Origin: Chrysemys picta bellii
Taxonomy: Eukaryota
NCBI RefSeq assembly: GCF_011386835.1
Contig: NC_088812.1
Location: 17,918,001 to 17,982,000 of the forward strand
Direction: 5' to 3'
Length of the DNA: 64,000 nt
Below, one piece after another: positions 63,249 to 64,000 of the stretch. Every line of letters begins with the position of its first letter. Positions within the stretch are counted from its first letter, which is position 1. The position numbers were made by a program, and so were the translations under genes. The notes below the pieces were generated by a model. It searched no databases and had not been told where the DNA came from. It saw only the letters and a program-made list of their open reading frames with translations.

Positions 63249-64000
63249 GTAGGTAGAGCAGTAAATGGAAAGGTTAAGGGACTAGCCCGGTGTTTTGTCG
63301 GTCAAATTTTATGTGGAGTTTTATAAGCATTCAAAGGATTTTATTATAACCTACAAAGCTCTTTCTTCCAACGAGAAGAATTTTTACGATGGGAAAGCTC
63401 TTTGAAAAAATGGAGATGTTAGGCGCAGACACAGTAGCTTAGAGTCTGTGAAATTTTGAAAGCACACCATCGTGGCAAATATTAACTTTGATCATGAACT
63501 TACATGAGCATTTTAAAAGGATTTGGTCCCGGGTTGCTGAGGGTAAAAGCCAATTGGGCAGAACACTGCTGTAGCTTCCTGTGCTTGCTTTTAGGCACTA
63601 AGATGCATGTAGAGTGATTTTTTTTAAATTAAAAGTATATGCTGGGTCTTTCTTTTCTCTCTCTCTTTTGTTAAGGGGGTGTGGAGCTAAATGCAAAATG
63701 TGCAACATTTTAATTAAATCCTTAGTCTCTATTTTATTTATTTTTTAATTGCATTGATTCTTCGCAAAGCCTAGTGGAATTTCTGTCTTTTGTCATTAAG
63801 GTCAGATAAAAAAAATCACTACATTTCTAAGAAAACTTAGAGGCGTATTTTAAATTCTGAAGCCAAGCAACTTTTAAACTTAGCGATCACGGTGAGATTT
63901 TTCTCTCTCTCCCCTTTTGCTATTTGGTTTCATGATGAAAACAATGCATCCCTTTTCTTGCTCAGAGGCTAAATTCTATTTTACTTTGATTATTTTGGTG

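Overview
Vertebrate genomic DNA covering the 5' (posterior) end of a HoxC cluster plus about 29 kb of upstream flank. The repeat content (tortoise-type tRNA-Lys/CR1-tail SINE, Penelope-like elements, hAT MITEs) points to a turtle. Three Hox genes lie on the + strand: HOXC13 (29237-29891 + 32228-32484, 303 aa), HOXC12 (41968-42532 + 43723-43961, 267 aa, with a second in-frame acceptor at 43687) and exon 1 of HOXC11 (62573-63248; exon 2 is outside the window). There are three N gaps. The main unexpected signal is a family of short Penelope-like-element (PLE) derived insertions with 12-13 bp target-site duplications that carry minimal type-I hammerhead ribozyme motifs (GCAU-C[U/C]GANGA-A-stem II-GAAA-GCU-H-AUGC), often in an inverted, hairpin-forming arrangement. 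One copy with a canonical core sits in sense orientation about 0.5 kb after the HOXC12 stop codon, inside an 84-bp near-perfect hairpin. A decayed PLE with RT and GIY-YIG remnants is also present, and the HOXC13 intron holds an unexplained perfect 36-bp inverted repeat. All ribozyme, splice and regulatory calls come from reading the sequence and recalled family knowledge; no search or folding program was run.
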